Source: Cycas panzhihuaensis
Lineage: Eukaryota > Plantae > Cycadophyta
DNA: 64,000 bases
Assembly: GCA_023213395.1 (NCBI GenBank)
Contig: CM041465.1
Span: forward strand, 215,891,741-215,955,740
Reading direction: 5' to 3'
Of this stretch, positions 12,817-25,190 are shown one piece after another. Position 1 is the stretch's first letter; each line of letters begins with the position of its first letter. The notes under the pieces were generated by a model. The model had not been told where the DNA came from. It was given only the letters and a program-made list of their open reading frames with translations, and ran no database searches. The position numbers were made by a program, and so were the translations under genes.

Positions 12817-15800
12817 TATTAATTTTGGGTTTGATATGTGCCTTGTTCAAAATACAAGCACATTGAAGCATTAAACATTAGGTCTAATATATCATATGAT
12901 CAATGATAGAGCATTCAATCATCAATAATGAATAATAAAATATACATCAAACAATGAAAATTGAGACACATGATTTATAGTGGTAAAACCTCAAAATGAG
13001 GAAACATCCACTTTGGACATATGGGATCTCATTAATAAAAAATGATATATAAGGAAGCTCATGATGAGATCACACTAGCTTCCATTGTGGAAGAACTAGG
13101 TGTTTACATGACTATCCATGAATAAACTTTGCCCTTTTATAGAAATAGGTCACCTAATTAAGTATTAATGATGTTACAATTTATTGGCTTTTGGGCCACA
13201 CTAATGTGGTTAGATATGTTATTTTGCTTTGTAATTTCACAGGCACTTTGAAGTGATCTTTGACCTACTTATGTGTGAAAATATGTGTTGTTTGTTTTTT
13301 AAAATTGCTAATGATGTGATATATAAAACACACATTGATTGAGTATAGCTTTGGTTTTTAACATTTGCTAAGGCTTTTTTCAATTTTGCCATGTATCCTC
13401 CCTTGTATAATGCTTCTGCAAGGTTGAGGCCACCTCTAAAGAGCCAATTCCCCTTCGTTTATGCTATTTTAATTTTTCTTTTGTGAGTTTTTGCCCCATC
13501 GTGGTCTTTGTTGTGACATTGTGACATTGTGTACATGGGCATTACAATAAGTTGAATTTGTCTCGGTGTCACATTGTGTTCTTTACGTTGACATTGCGAC
13601 ATTTGTTGACACACTGTGGCAAATATGGTGGAACACTCATCGTGGTGCTCACTTTAATACATCATGGTGCAACTCTGAATTGCCATGGTGCCCTAACAAC
13701 CACCACAATGAGTCGGAGCTCACATGAATGTTTTTTTTTTTTGAGATATTTTTAGAATTTTGAGTCTTTTAAGGTGTTTTTTGGGTCCAAAACAATGGGC
13801 TAAAACCTTGGGGATCCATGATTTTGCAAAAGATGGGCTCAGTTTAGTCTATAAATAGATTTACTTAGTTAGAGTTAGGGTTAGTAGTTTTTAGAGCACA
13901 ATGAGCCTATTGGAGCATATTCATAGCCCTTTTGAAATTAGTTTTGCATAAGAATGCTTAAAGAGGAAGAGTAGAAGGCTATTGAGAGTTAGATTTGTGT
14001 TTATTTGAGCACTTTTGAGTTGTTTTTCATGGTTTTGCACTTGTTTCTTGCCAATTTGTTGCATTGAGCTCTTTCACACTAAAAAAACTCATTTCTTTTG
14101 AAATCTTTGTCATTCATCCTCCTCCCATCACTTTGAGTATTTGTTGTTGGCCGAATTTGAAGGTAATTCACTACATAATATTGAGGCAACAATCAACATA
14201 AGGTATGTTTGTGGGTTTTCCTTTGCTTTTTGATTGTTGTTATGCTTGTTTTCATAGTTGATTTATAAGAATTGACTAACCTTCATTTGGTTGCATTTCT
14301 AACATTTGTTGCTTGCATTTTCCATGGGATTTGCTTTAACATAGTCGTTATGCTAGTGATTTATCATTAATTCAAGTTTTTGAGTCATTTTTTGATTTAG
14401 CAATTGTAGGCTTGAGTTGGTTTGATATTGTTATTTCGTTATTATTTATTAACTTCCTTATCGCCAGTTTTTGGTGATTCAACACTCGTATTTTCGTCGA
14501 AATTTCCACAGGTGCAACTGTTATGGTGTTGAAATTTTTATGATTTAAAAGTTGATTTCTTGATTTAATTGTTGCACGTTTTATAACTTTGTATCACCAT
14601 ATCACATTTTTATCCTCTAATTTTGCTTGTGGCGACATTTGGCTCAATGCTTCTTTATTTTTTGTGAAAATCATCACAAGTATAGGAGTCATGCTATCTA
14701 ATTTTTCATGAATTTTTTGTTTTAAATTGCATTTCAATTTTGCTTTCTTTCTTTTCCACTAATCAAGAGGTTTTCTACTAACCCTCTCTATCGGAAAGCA
14801 TTGTTTTCATTACTATTTTCTTGCTAATCTATCTTGGAAAGAAAAAGAAGCATACGATGTGGGAAGAGGGAGCGAAAGAATCAACATACAAACATTTAAG
14901 TGGAGCGCTTTCAGGGAAGTATAACCTATAAACCTCTTTTCATTTGCTTGCTTCCCTTTTGTTTTTGATTTACCCGTTTTTTATCATGATTTCATTGGCA
15001 TTTTAGTGAGCAAATCCCCTTATTGGTGATGGAATCAAAGTGACACCCTTGACTCTATAAGATGCAACTCGTTTGAGCTATTACTCTTGAGTCTCCATAG
15101 GGTTCATCCTCACATTTTGTTCAAGAGAGTTGCTAGATTCACGTCTTGTTTTGTTGTTTCTGTTGTGTCTTGCTTTCTTGCTTGTTTATTTACATTTTTT
15201 TTTGGTTTAAAGGAGAAAAGTTTGATTTCTTTTAGCATTAGAGTAGAGTTAATTGTTAGTGCAAGAAAAATCCCTTATTCTTTTGCTTGGTGTATGCTTG
15301 TTTCTTTTCCACTTTGCTTATATTGTGTGTTTTGTTTTAGCAAGTTGCTTGCTTATTTTTAGCATTGTTTGATTTGCTTTTCGTGTTTATTCTTTCCTAC
15401 TTTGCGCTTGCACCTTGGGAGGGGCTAGTTTTACTTTGAAACCTAAGATTCTTAAAGGCGTAAGTTGGTCTTGGCTCTTTGGTGCTAGTCTTCTTTTCCT
15501 ATCTTCTTACAAGGCCATGATCCTTGGGAGGGATGGGGTGCTCTTTGTCAATCGTGTACGATTCAAAAGAGTAAACATCATCTTGTGTCCCAAGAGACGA
15601 TGGTCATTGATGATGGTCGTTGATTCTTCCTTGAGGTTACTATGAAGTGGGTTGGACGCAAGTAGCCTGAGGGAGTGCAAACTCCTTTGACATTAATCTC
15701 TAACAACTTGCCCTTGTACTAACATCCACCTCTAATTAGCCCTTGCTATGAGTTGTGAAGCTAGGATTTGTGAATTGCAGGTCATGTTGCTTGCTATTTG

Positions 15801-16322
15801 TTTCTCTTTTTTTCATTTCTTTCTGTATCACATTGCTTTGTCTTTTATTTCTGTATTAGATAGGAGCTTGATTCTAGTGCTTCTTTTTGCTCCTACAAAT
15901 TATTATCTCACTTATTCGACCTATTTGTTTGGATTGACAATGAGTGGGAGATTTTTGTCTAAGGGATTAAATGGAGGCATAATCACCTCCTCCTAATATT
16001 TGCATGCACAACATCCCCACCCCACATTGGGGGCTTACTTGAGATTTCCTAGTTTTTAGGACCCTATTGGCAACCATGTCAATATGTGCCCCCAACCAAC
16101 GAATAGTTACACTGAATATCCATCACTAAGATCATGTGTGAGAACTGACAAGTCTTTTGATGAATTTTACAATGAGTTAGGTGAGCATTTACACAACATT
16201 TATGATGTTTACATATTCACAAACTTGAGAGAGTTTAAGTTTAGTGACTCCATCACAATGTGACTACTAGATAACATATGATCATCATGGATCGACTATT
16301 GATTACACATTATTCTTTAACA
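12817..16322. mobile_element. Nested insertion (probable solo LTR) interrupting the second internal region, apparently containing a further ~2.9 kb solo-LTR-like insert at about 13172-16101
   Basis: Homology to the first internal region stops at 12816 and resumes at about 16323. Termini are TATTAA...TTAACA, flanked by ATAAC/ATAAG (4/5 TSD). The inner segment runs TGTTA...CCAACG and is non-coding and LTR-like. Confidence 0.55.
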
Positions 16323-19300
16323 ATAAGAAAAGCATTTAAAAATGCTAGTACTTAATGTTAAACACTTAAAAATTGATGCATACATTTGGCATGTAAGCTA
16401 AATCACATGGAATCCATGATAAGAGTTTCTAGCATTGACAATAGATGCTTACATTTGACCTTGGCCACTATCTAAATACCTTGGTAGATTTCAATGATTT
16501 CAATCATTAGACTTTGTTGTAGACTGATAAAATGTCTTGTCAAAATGTTGCAGATCCAAGGCTTATTAACTCGCAGAAATTTAGAGGATGTATATAGGTA
16601 CAAATACAAATCATGTATAACATCATGATAAAATTCTAGTAGATGATGAAGATTCAACATCAGAGTACATAAGCTATCATTACCGCTACTTTTATAACAA
16701 CTCTATACATTACAACTCTAGTTCTTGAATTAGTTCCACCACGAGTAGTACAAATGCAATCACACTAGTAGGAGCAATGGCTATTTTAATAGTAGACCGC
16801 AACACTATCATCAACCTTGCTAGGCAAATGGTGCTTTATGTTCAATTCTTTACCCCACATGAGATCATTGATGTGCAACAACAGATTTTGACATAACAAC
16901 TGCTATCCTCCCATGACACACAAATGACATCAGCTGCTAATCTTATGTCAAACACATGTATTGTTGAGGTTCTAGCAGCTTTGACCATAGTATGAGCAAT
17001 ATGGCACAATATTGTGTTAGTTACTACTACACATCACATAGGGAAAGGGCTTGAGCAGCTTAGCTCTACTCCATGTGATTCATTGTTGAGGTTTTAGTAG
17101 CTTTGACCCCAGTGTGAGCAATGTGGCACAATATTGTGTTAAATACCACTACACCTCACATAAGGAGAGAGTTTGAGCAGCTTTGCTCTACTCCATGTGA
17201 TTAATCTTTAGTGCCCATAGGACAACCATTTTTTAGGGACACACTTCTTGGTACTAAGGTATATCATACAGCTTCATACGTGGTAGACAAGAAGAGCATG
17301 ACATGGTTCTTGCAAGCCATCGTGGACCATTACTTTGACACCCATTGGTGTTCATGAACTTGGGGACAATTTCCTCTGGAAAATGGAGTAATTGATGAGC
17401 TTCATTATGCATGTCACGTACCATAGATGTACTATAGTTCTAAATACACAGAGCTAGTTTTTCTTTTTCAATGTTTTCATAATAACTAGGTCCCTGTGTA
17501 TTTTAAGTTTGGACCACATATTAAAGAAGTTAGTTAGTTTAGATAGTTGACTAGTCAGTTGAATCAATCAGGAGAGATTCCTGTTAGTTAGGTACATTTG
17601 ATCTTCAATTACAAAGTATTTATAATTAGTAGATTGCATGTTAAGCTGCATCCGCCGAACTCTTATTTTCCATTTTTAAAAGAGGGAGGGGGTGCACTTT
17701 GTAATCAGAATGGAGGAATAATAATTTTCCATTTTTGAAACTTCGTTTCTTGTCTTCATTGTCAGCTTTAATATATCATTGCTGGATTGAATGATCCAAG
17801 ATGTTGGTTGAATTGAACAGTATTATATAATTTTGCATTCTAACTTTTTCAAGTGTATGAGTACTATTTATGTAACTAGGTGTACATGCTAGTTTGTCTG
17901 AGTCAGCTCAAGTAGTATTTCTCTTATTGACAAAAGAGGTACATTACTTTGTTTTGTTTAATCACTAAAGAAATCTTTATTTATTAGTTCTGTTGTTACT
18001 TATAGACTGATCAATTGGCTCAGTTTTCTCTATCCATTGACAAACAATGATTGCGATTATTGATAAGGTAGGTTCCGTTTCCTATAAAACATTGGCTCGA
18101 ATTGTTGTTATTATTATATTTTAAAACTCTGTTTGAAGCCCATTCAAATAGAAGTGACTGAGAGGCCTGTTCCATTAAATAAGTAGCTCATAGGTTCAAT
18201 ATGCTAATCAAACTGGCAATAGCTTGGTCGCATGTAGTTTTTAACATTCTGTCACCTCCTACATCTGAGTATTCCATGAAGCTGGACCCACCATTTTGTG
18301 GAAAATGGTTTCATGCTGCTGGTGAGTAGATAAATTACTTGAAATGGCTGTATAGATCAAGTGAATGACAACATGCCCTGTCTGAAAAATGAGTGTTGAC
18401 GTGGAGATGTGATTATCAAATTTTGCTAAGAGATGACCTGCATGCCCAGTGCAAAGCTGAGATCACACCTGGGTCAACATTTATGATTTAAATATGATAA
18501 AAAAGAGGAGGTTGCTTAGACAAGCAATCTCAAGATGTGTCACCTAAACCCAATAAAATAAACTCTAAAATGCCTATTAGAAATTAGTTCCTGTCATGTG
18601 TGCAACTTAGAAACAGATTAATAATACATATTAACATCCACACAACCTACCAGTTGTATTAAAGGATATCAGGCTGAGTAGTTAGGGCCTCATACCAGTC
18701 ATTGATCGTCAATAATGACTTAATACATAAATTAACATCCCCTCTTATCAGTTCTAGTCCATATAGATAATGGATGTTTAGGGCTGAGTACAAAGTTGTG
18801 TTTGCAACACGGTTATAGCATTATCCGATTTCAATCACCCTTTCATAGGGATTGTGGATGCTTCTAAGTCAGCTATAAGAGCAGTTACAGTGCAGAATGG
18901 TATGGTCATTTAATGTAAAAGGCTTCATGAAACACAGCATACATGGATTACCAATATATAAGAATTAAGAAATGTCTGAAGCACTACATGTTATTACTTA
19001 TCGGGTACTAAATTAATCAATCATACCACAGGAATCTTTAATAACAGACTGGTAAGCAACACGGGTACAGTCACTACAGGGGCTGATCACAACTGTATCA
19101 TTGAGCTCATAATCTGATTCTTGCCAAAAGCAATAATTCGAACAATGGCGTTAATCCACTATCAATTTCATGTTGAAAATTATCATATAGTGTAATTCAC
19201 TGCCCCATACTGTTATGTTAGCAATGTGACACATTTATGGGCTACAGTAAAGGGGACAGACCATGAAGAGATAGATGGGACCCTTTGAGTTTGAAAACTG

Positions 19301-21523
19301 CAAGATTGATTTTGGACTTAATGTCTGGCCAGATTGAGGCTACTTCTGGCTGTCTTTCTGCAGAGTGGGGCGTACCCCCCATCTTCTACCTTGTAATACA
19401 TTCTAATAAATCGAAGACTACATACAAAACGTAGCATAGTAACATAAATAGTGCATCAGTCTTAGTCATTCATAGAATTGTAACTAGAATATCCTACATA
19501 TAATTTATCCTCTCACATCTCTATATAAGTTAATCACTACATGCCAAATGTAGTAAAGCAACATTAAGGCAATTCTTGCCCTTGGTCAATAAAATGTACA
19601 GTCCACTGAAAGAAAACAGGGAAAATAAGTAGCAGTTTTCTTAGTTGGCTCACCCTGTAACAGCAGAAAATTTTACTTTTGTAACATTACCAGTACTTAG
19701 TAGGGCTTTCTCCCAGCTGCTCATACTCTTTAGCAGAATTCAAACCAGGCCATTCTCATAACACTCACATTTCTGAAAAGTTATATTTTTAAAGCTTCTC
19801 TCTCTCTCAAATGTGTGGGAAATAAGCTGTCTGCCTTTAGGATACATAAATGCTAGATTAGTGTTGCAGCTAAGCATTTTGTTGCCAATCAAGCAAACAT
19901 AAAACAAGAGTTAAAGAAAAAAAGGAAATGACCCTACAATGCTGTTCAGCTGTTTTTTTAATACATCTTTCACCTGCATGTAGCCGGGGTATTTTTTTGT
20001 ATGCGTGGCCATAGCTCTTGCTTTTGGCTTTTGAAAGTTGCCTTCTTCTGTAGAAACGTCAGTATAAAAGGCATTCCATGTACACCAACTAAACCACTGG
20101 ATGATTCCTGGCATCTAGGTCAACATGGCTGCTGAGTATTAAGCTAGAAGTACTAAAAAACGAAACCAGACTCTAAAAGAGAACCCTACAAAAAAGGGGG
20201 GCATGGCATTTGTGACAACATTAAATGGTTCTGTTCTGGCATTAATAAACATGGAATGTGTGAAAGCTAATGCTGTGATGGTGGGATCTCCATGTTGCGA
20301 TGGATACACAAACAGCTGGTCCTTTACACAATTCCCATGACTCTGCTTGTAAGTTTACACCACTATTCTCACAATATACCTGCAGTTAAAGCACAATTTA
20401 TGGCCAGTAGAGATATAGAGTGTTCAATCATCTGGAATACAATATAGTTTATCCAAAAACAGCCATGATGAATATACAAATGAAAAAAAATATGCTTCTA
20501 AAGGTAATCTGATTTTTTTTTTTTTAATCCAACACATCATAAACTTTGGACCAGCAAATGGTTGTACTGGATGCAAACAAAACAAAAGAAAGAAGTATCT
20601 CTTGAGACTCAGACTACTTCCCCCAAATTGGAGGGAAGATTGCAGTCAGAATATGCTCTTGAAAAATGTAATGACTTGATTGTGGGGATATTGGCGCATG
20701 ATCAATTTTAGCTTATCTCCATTCCTGCATAGTTTTCTCAGATATTTATCTTGCAGCTATCAACTCTTCTAACCCTATGGACAATCAACGTATTTGAACA
20801 ATGCAAAATACCAGTGGATTTATAATCAGAATCTAAAAATAATATACTTTCATACCCAACAACAACCAAAACTTGAGTCCATTGACCACCCAACCACCCT
20901 TTGATGTTTAGTTTGCAGAGTTTGGATTAGCCTCTCTGTACAAATCGACTTATGATGGTCTGAAAACGCATCCCTTTTTAAACATCAGAAAAGAAAGAGC
21001 ACCCCAGCATTGAAATAAATAATGGACGGAGGGTAGGGTGTAAAGCCAATTTCCAAATATACACGAATGGCGTAGACATCATTAAACGCTCCTCTTGAAT
21101 ATGCGATGGTCAGTGCCAGCCAAATTGGGAGAGGGGGTCCTCTGATACAGGTATTCGGAACAAATGCTATAATCATGCCTGCATTGGGTCTTCACTCACT
21201 CGTCTGCACTTTCAATAACTAGGTTTGTTTTTGGTTGGCTCTTGCAGCAATCCCACATACAGCATTCTTCTGTATCCTCACTTCTTCATCGTTGAAGCAA
21301 CAATCCTCAATATCTCACCTTCATCTGATTTGCCTTGGTTGATTTTGCTGCGTGAATGAAGTTGCCTTAGATAACATCTGCTTCTTTGTTCAGGCCGAAA
21401 TTGTTGCCTTACATGAGACCTGCTAGGGTTTTTAGTGGAGGAATGTCCTCATTTTACAAAGCGCCAAGAAATACTCACAACCCCAAAACAAAGTGCCAAA
21501 AAAAAAAGTTATATAAGTAAAAA

Positions 21524-21543
21524 CCAGAGAGAGAGAGAGAGAG
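21524..21543 (+). repeat. (GA)n microsatellite
   Basis: AGAGAGAGAGAG run. Confidence 0.9.
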
Positions 21544-22179
21544 CCTTCCTTTTTTTTAATTGATAAAAAATGAAAAATGAAACATTAATACAATGATAGG
21601 GGGAAAGAGGTGTTCCTTTAATCCGTTGAAAAATGAATTAAAAGACCCCGACCCCAAACTAAATTATAATAAAACTTCAGCTTAATAAATACATGAACCT
21701 CCTCAAAAAGGGTATAGCAAGCTAAAAACAATTAGATTAAAAGAGGGAGACATCACCCCATAAAGCCTAGGATACTAACATAAATGTAGGCACTAACACA
21801 TATAAGCCAAAAAAATCTATTGCTGCGTCAACAATAAGTAAATTGTTTCCTAAGCCACAGAGGAGAATCCTACCACGCCCTACCCATAGGGGGCCAAGTC
21901 AGGGCCTGCGAAGCTGGAATACTCCTGTCAATTGCCAACTCCTTGGAAGTCAAGACTCTGGGGTCATTTAAGCCATCACTTAAGCAGGAAGTAAGGAACC
22001 TGGGAAATGTGCTTATTTGCTGCATATACGGATTTTTGAACAATGAAAATGTCTCCTTTCTTTTGAATCAGGGCCTGCATATGTAATATAGAAGCATCTG
22101 ACACTTGCATGTGTGATTTCTTGCTTGGAGTTCTTTTGGATGTCCATTTCTTACCCCACTATATTTTTGTTTTGTTCAG

Positions 22180-23215
22180 CATGTTTGCAGAGATGTGCTC
22201 GTCAGCAAAGACACAGAATCCCCATCCTTTGATTGATCAATTCTTTGCCATGCACCAGTTGCTTGTACAGTCAAAGACCGTTTCTGAAGCTCTAGTGAAA
22301 AGCAGGGCTGCTAACAAGGATGAATTCTGTGAGGATACAGATAAATTGGATGCCAACTTGCTCAAAATTTCTGCAGAAAAGGAAAAGAATGCAGTTCAGT
22401 TGGTTACTGCTGCATTGTCAACAGACCTGGCATCAATTTCTGTTATTGGCAGGCGTGGACTTGACTATATGCTTAAGAACTCACCCAGTAAAGGAGCTAG
22501 TAAGGTCAGAGAGCAGAATAAGCTGCTAACTGTTACATCAGATGTCTCTTCTGCTTTACAAAATCCCAAGAATCGGGCCTCACCAGTACTTCCTAGAAAG
22601 TCCATTCATGCCTCACCTGATAATAAAGTTCTGGGCAGGGTTACATTGTCACCTGTGTCTCAGACTACAGGTGATAGAAAGCACAATAGTTTTGACAAGG
22701 CAGACATCAGGTCAGCTTCCCCTGGGAAGGCTGATGTAGCGAAGCATCCTTCTCTTGGCATTGCTTTGAAAAATAGAGGCACTAAAGCTTTATGCAAAGT
22801 TTCTCCTGAGCCATCTTTAAAAGGGACTACCATGGAATGGGTCAGAGGAAATGGGGTGAAAGAAACAGCAGATCTTGCTAAACATTTACACAAGGAGGCC
22901 CAGGACTGGTTCTTAAAGTTCATGGAAGATGCCTTGAGTGCTGGTTTTAACATATCTAAAGAAAAGGAATACAATACAAGTGCTTCTACAGCCAAGAACC
23001 AGTTACGAAAAGATAGCAGCCAGATTGCAGCTATGTTATCACAATTAAAAAGAGCCAATGACTGGTTGGATCAGCTTGGGCATGATAAGGAACATACGAC
23101 AAATACACAGCTCGCAGAAACAGTTGATCGGCTGAAGCAGAAAATATATGGTTTTTTGCTACAACACGTTGAGTCCGCTGCTTCTGCTCTCAATAACCAA
23201 GCCAATGGTGCCTAA
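22180..23215 (+). CDS. CORD: DUF936/CORD coding exon 4 (terminal)
   Basis: Polypyrimidine tract and TTCAG| acceptor; AG+C restores Ser (RSL-S-MFAEMCSSAK..NPHPLIDQFF). Conserved C-terminus EWVRGNGVKETADLA..EAQDWFLKFMEDAL..QIAAMLSQLKRANDWLD..LKQKIYGFLLQHVESAASAL. Spliced CDS is 2508 nt (835 aa). Confidence 0.92.
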
Positions 23216-24249
23216 ATTCAGAGGTTGCATTTTTGTGTGAGTTTGAAATTGATATATTGTATATGAATGACTATTTATCAAAACTTCCTGTATCATGATG
23301 AAACATTGGAAAAGCTTCTGCCCCATCTTTGGAGAGCACTGCCATATTGGTAAATTTATAAAGTGAACCCAATTGGCCCAGCTTTACAAACATCATAATT
23401 GCAGGCCTTAAAACAGCTAATGAATAGTCAGCCAAGGTAAAGGCACACTCTTGAATTAATTCAATAAACATGCAGCATGCTACACGGGAAACTTGAATAG
23501 TCAAATGTTGCACAGAGGGCTTCATGATCAAGGCATGTACAAATATGCAGAATCTATGCAAGCGCTTGCATATAATTAAGCCACAATTGTTCATACTGAA
23601 TGCTACTCAAGTGCAGCAGGATATGCAAAAGTAGATAAATTATCAGTGCAGCTTTAATGATTTCAAACAATGCAATTGTAATATGAAAAATTCCATCAAC
23701 TCAATGTCTCCAACAGCCAGATGATACAATTAATCCTTCAACACAAGACTCTTGTCAAAGATTGAATAGATATGCAAAAGTGCAAATTGGGGAACTGCCT
23801 TGTTTGGCTATTTGAACCAACTTCAAAGAGTCATTTAAAATATGATAGATTGAATCTAAGGCCAAATGATTAAGTGCATATCCATAGATGCCTCTTACAA
23901 GATTCATGTGGAATATTTATGCTTGAAATCTCTAAATATGCATTGCAAGTTTTCAATGTTGGGACTTAGGTTGCAATAGGTTAACTTTAATATGGGAAGA
24001 TACTTGCCACCGCTGCAAATGTTTGAGATGCAATGTGCATGTGGGATCTACAAGCGAGAAGGTTCTCACTGCTTCAGTATTATCACTTCAATTGGCTAGA
24101 ATGCATTGGTTTATCCGAGATCCAAAGGTGTCACCACTCTTGACACTCTAGTGTTTTATCCTTGCATCTACATACATCATAGATGCGTATAAACGCCAAG
24201 GCCTGAAATGCTCATTTTTGGTATAATTGGGAATTCATCAAGATATCAC

Positions 24250-25190
24250 ATCTTTTGAGAGGATGAAAATGGTATCATTGTGTACGGGATCCATAAAAAA
24301 CCTCAGAAAGTCTAAGCCACTTGGTGGCTTACCTGGAAAATTGTTTCAAGATAATGGAATCTTCCAAATCAGGCATACCTGAATTTATGTGTTGAGAAAT
24401 ATATTTGCACCAACATATAACTGAAATCCAAATAAGCTGTCATATCTGTCTGGAGGATGAAAATGCCATCCTTGTGTATGTGAAGTCTTGATTCACAGCA
24501 CCAATGAAAATCCTTTTAAGGTCCAACCCACATGTTGGCCTACCTGGGAAACTGTGTCAAGAACATGGAGGAGTGTAAAATCGGTTCTACGCATGCCGTA
24601 ATTATATCTTGAGAAATATATCTGCCTCGACATCCAATATAAATCCAAACATTGCGACAACTTTCTCGCCCGATGCCTTGGTGCGTGGACCGAAATCAGT
24701 AAGCTCTGTTGGGAAGGAAATGGAGTGGAATTACAGCCCAATATATAAGGTGATATAAGAGTGAAGTCCTCTAAAATCTGCTCCCTGCCTATCAGAATCT
24801 ATATGTGGAGAAATATATCTGCCTCATCATGCATAGGAGTCCAAAGGTTGCAATAATCTGATTTGTCCTGGTGCTTGGGTGCCTCGACCGAAAACAGCAA
24901 GCCCTGCTGGGAAGAAACTGTGATGAAATTCGCAGCACAATTCCAAGGTGATGTAAGAGTTGGAAATTCAAGAACAGAGAGTCTGCTAAATTCTGCTTCA
25001 TGCATACCAGAAATTATATGTTGAGAAATCAATCTGCCTGAACGCCCAATCGAAACCCCAAAGTTGTAACAACCTCATGTTCTGATGCCTGGGTGGCTTG
25101 ATTGAAATCAGCAAGCTCTGCTGGAAAGGAAATGCAATGAGATTGACATCCCAATGTACAGGCGATGTAAGAGATGCAAAATCAATTGCT
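24250..25190. repeat. Degenerate tandem repeat, ~200-215 bp period, 4-5 copies
   Basis: GAGAAATATATCTGC-like anchors recur at about 24394, 24611, 24808 and 25023. CAGYAAGCYCTGYTGG and GTGATRTAAGAG recur at similar spacing. Confidence 0.7.

Larger units (their letters stand above)
8816..17778 (+). mobile_element. Non-autonomous three-LTR tandem retroelement (LTR-int-LTR-int-LTR), probably derived from a CRM-like chromovirus, in intron 3
   Basis: Three ~380 bp related LTRs at 8816-9193, 11361-11749 and 17393-17778 have TGATG...CATCA-like termini. tRNA-iMet-like PBS follows LTR1 (TGGTATTAGAGC, 9196) and LTR2 (TGGTATTTGAGC, 11752). PPT-like AAAATGGAG(G/T)AAT precedes LTR2 and LTR3. The two internal regions are homologous and show no recognisable gag-pol. 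Confidence 0.75.

Noticed and set aside
21546-21990. Possible minus-strand LINE 3' end with poly(A)
   Set aside because: I found no convincing TSD or RT/RNase H motif, so it is left uncalled.
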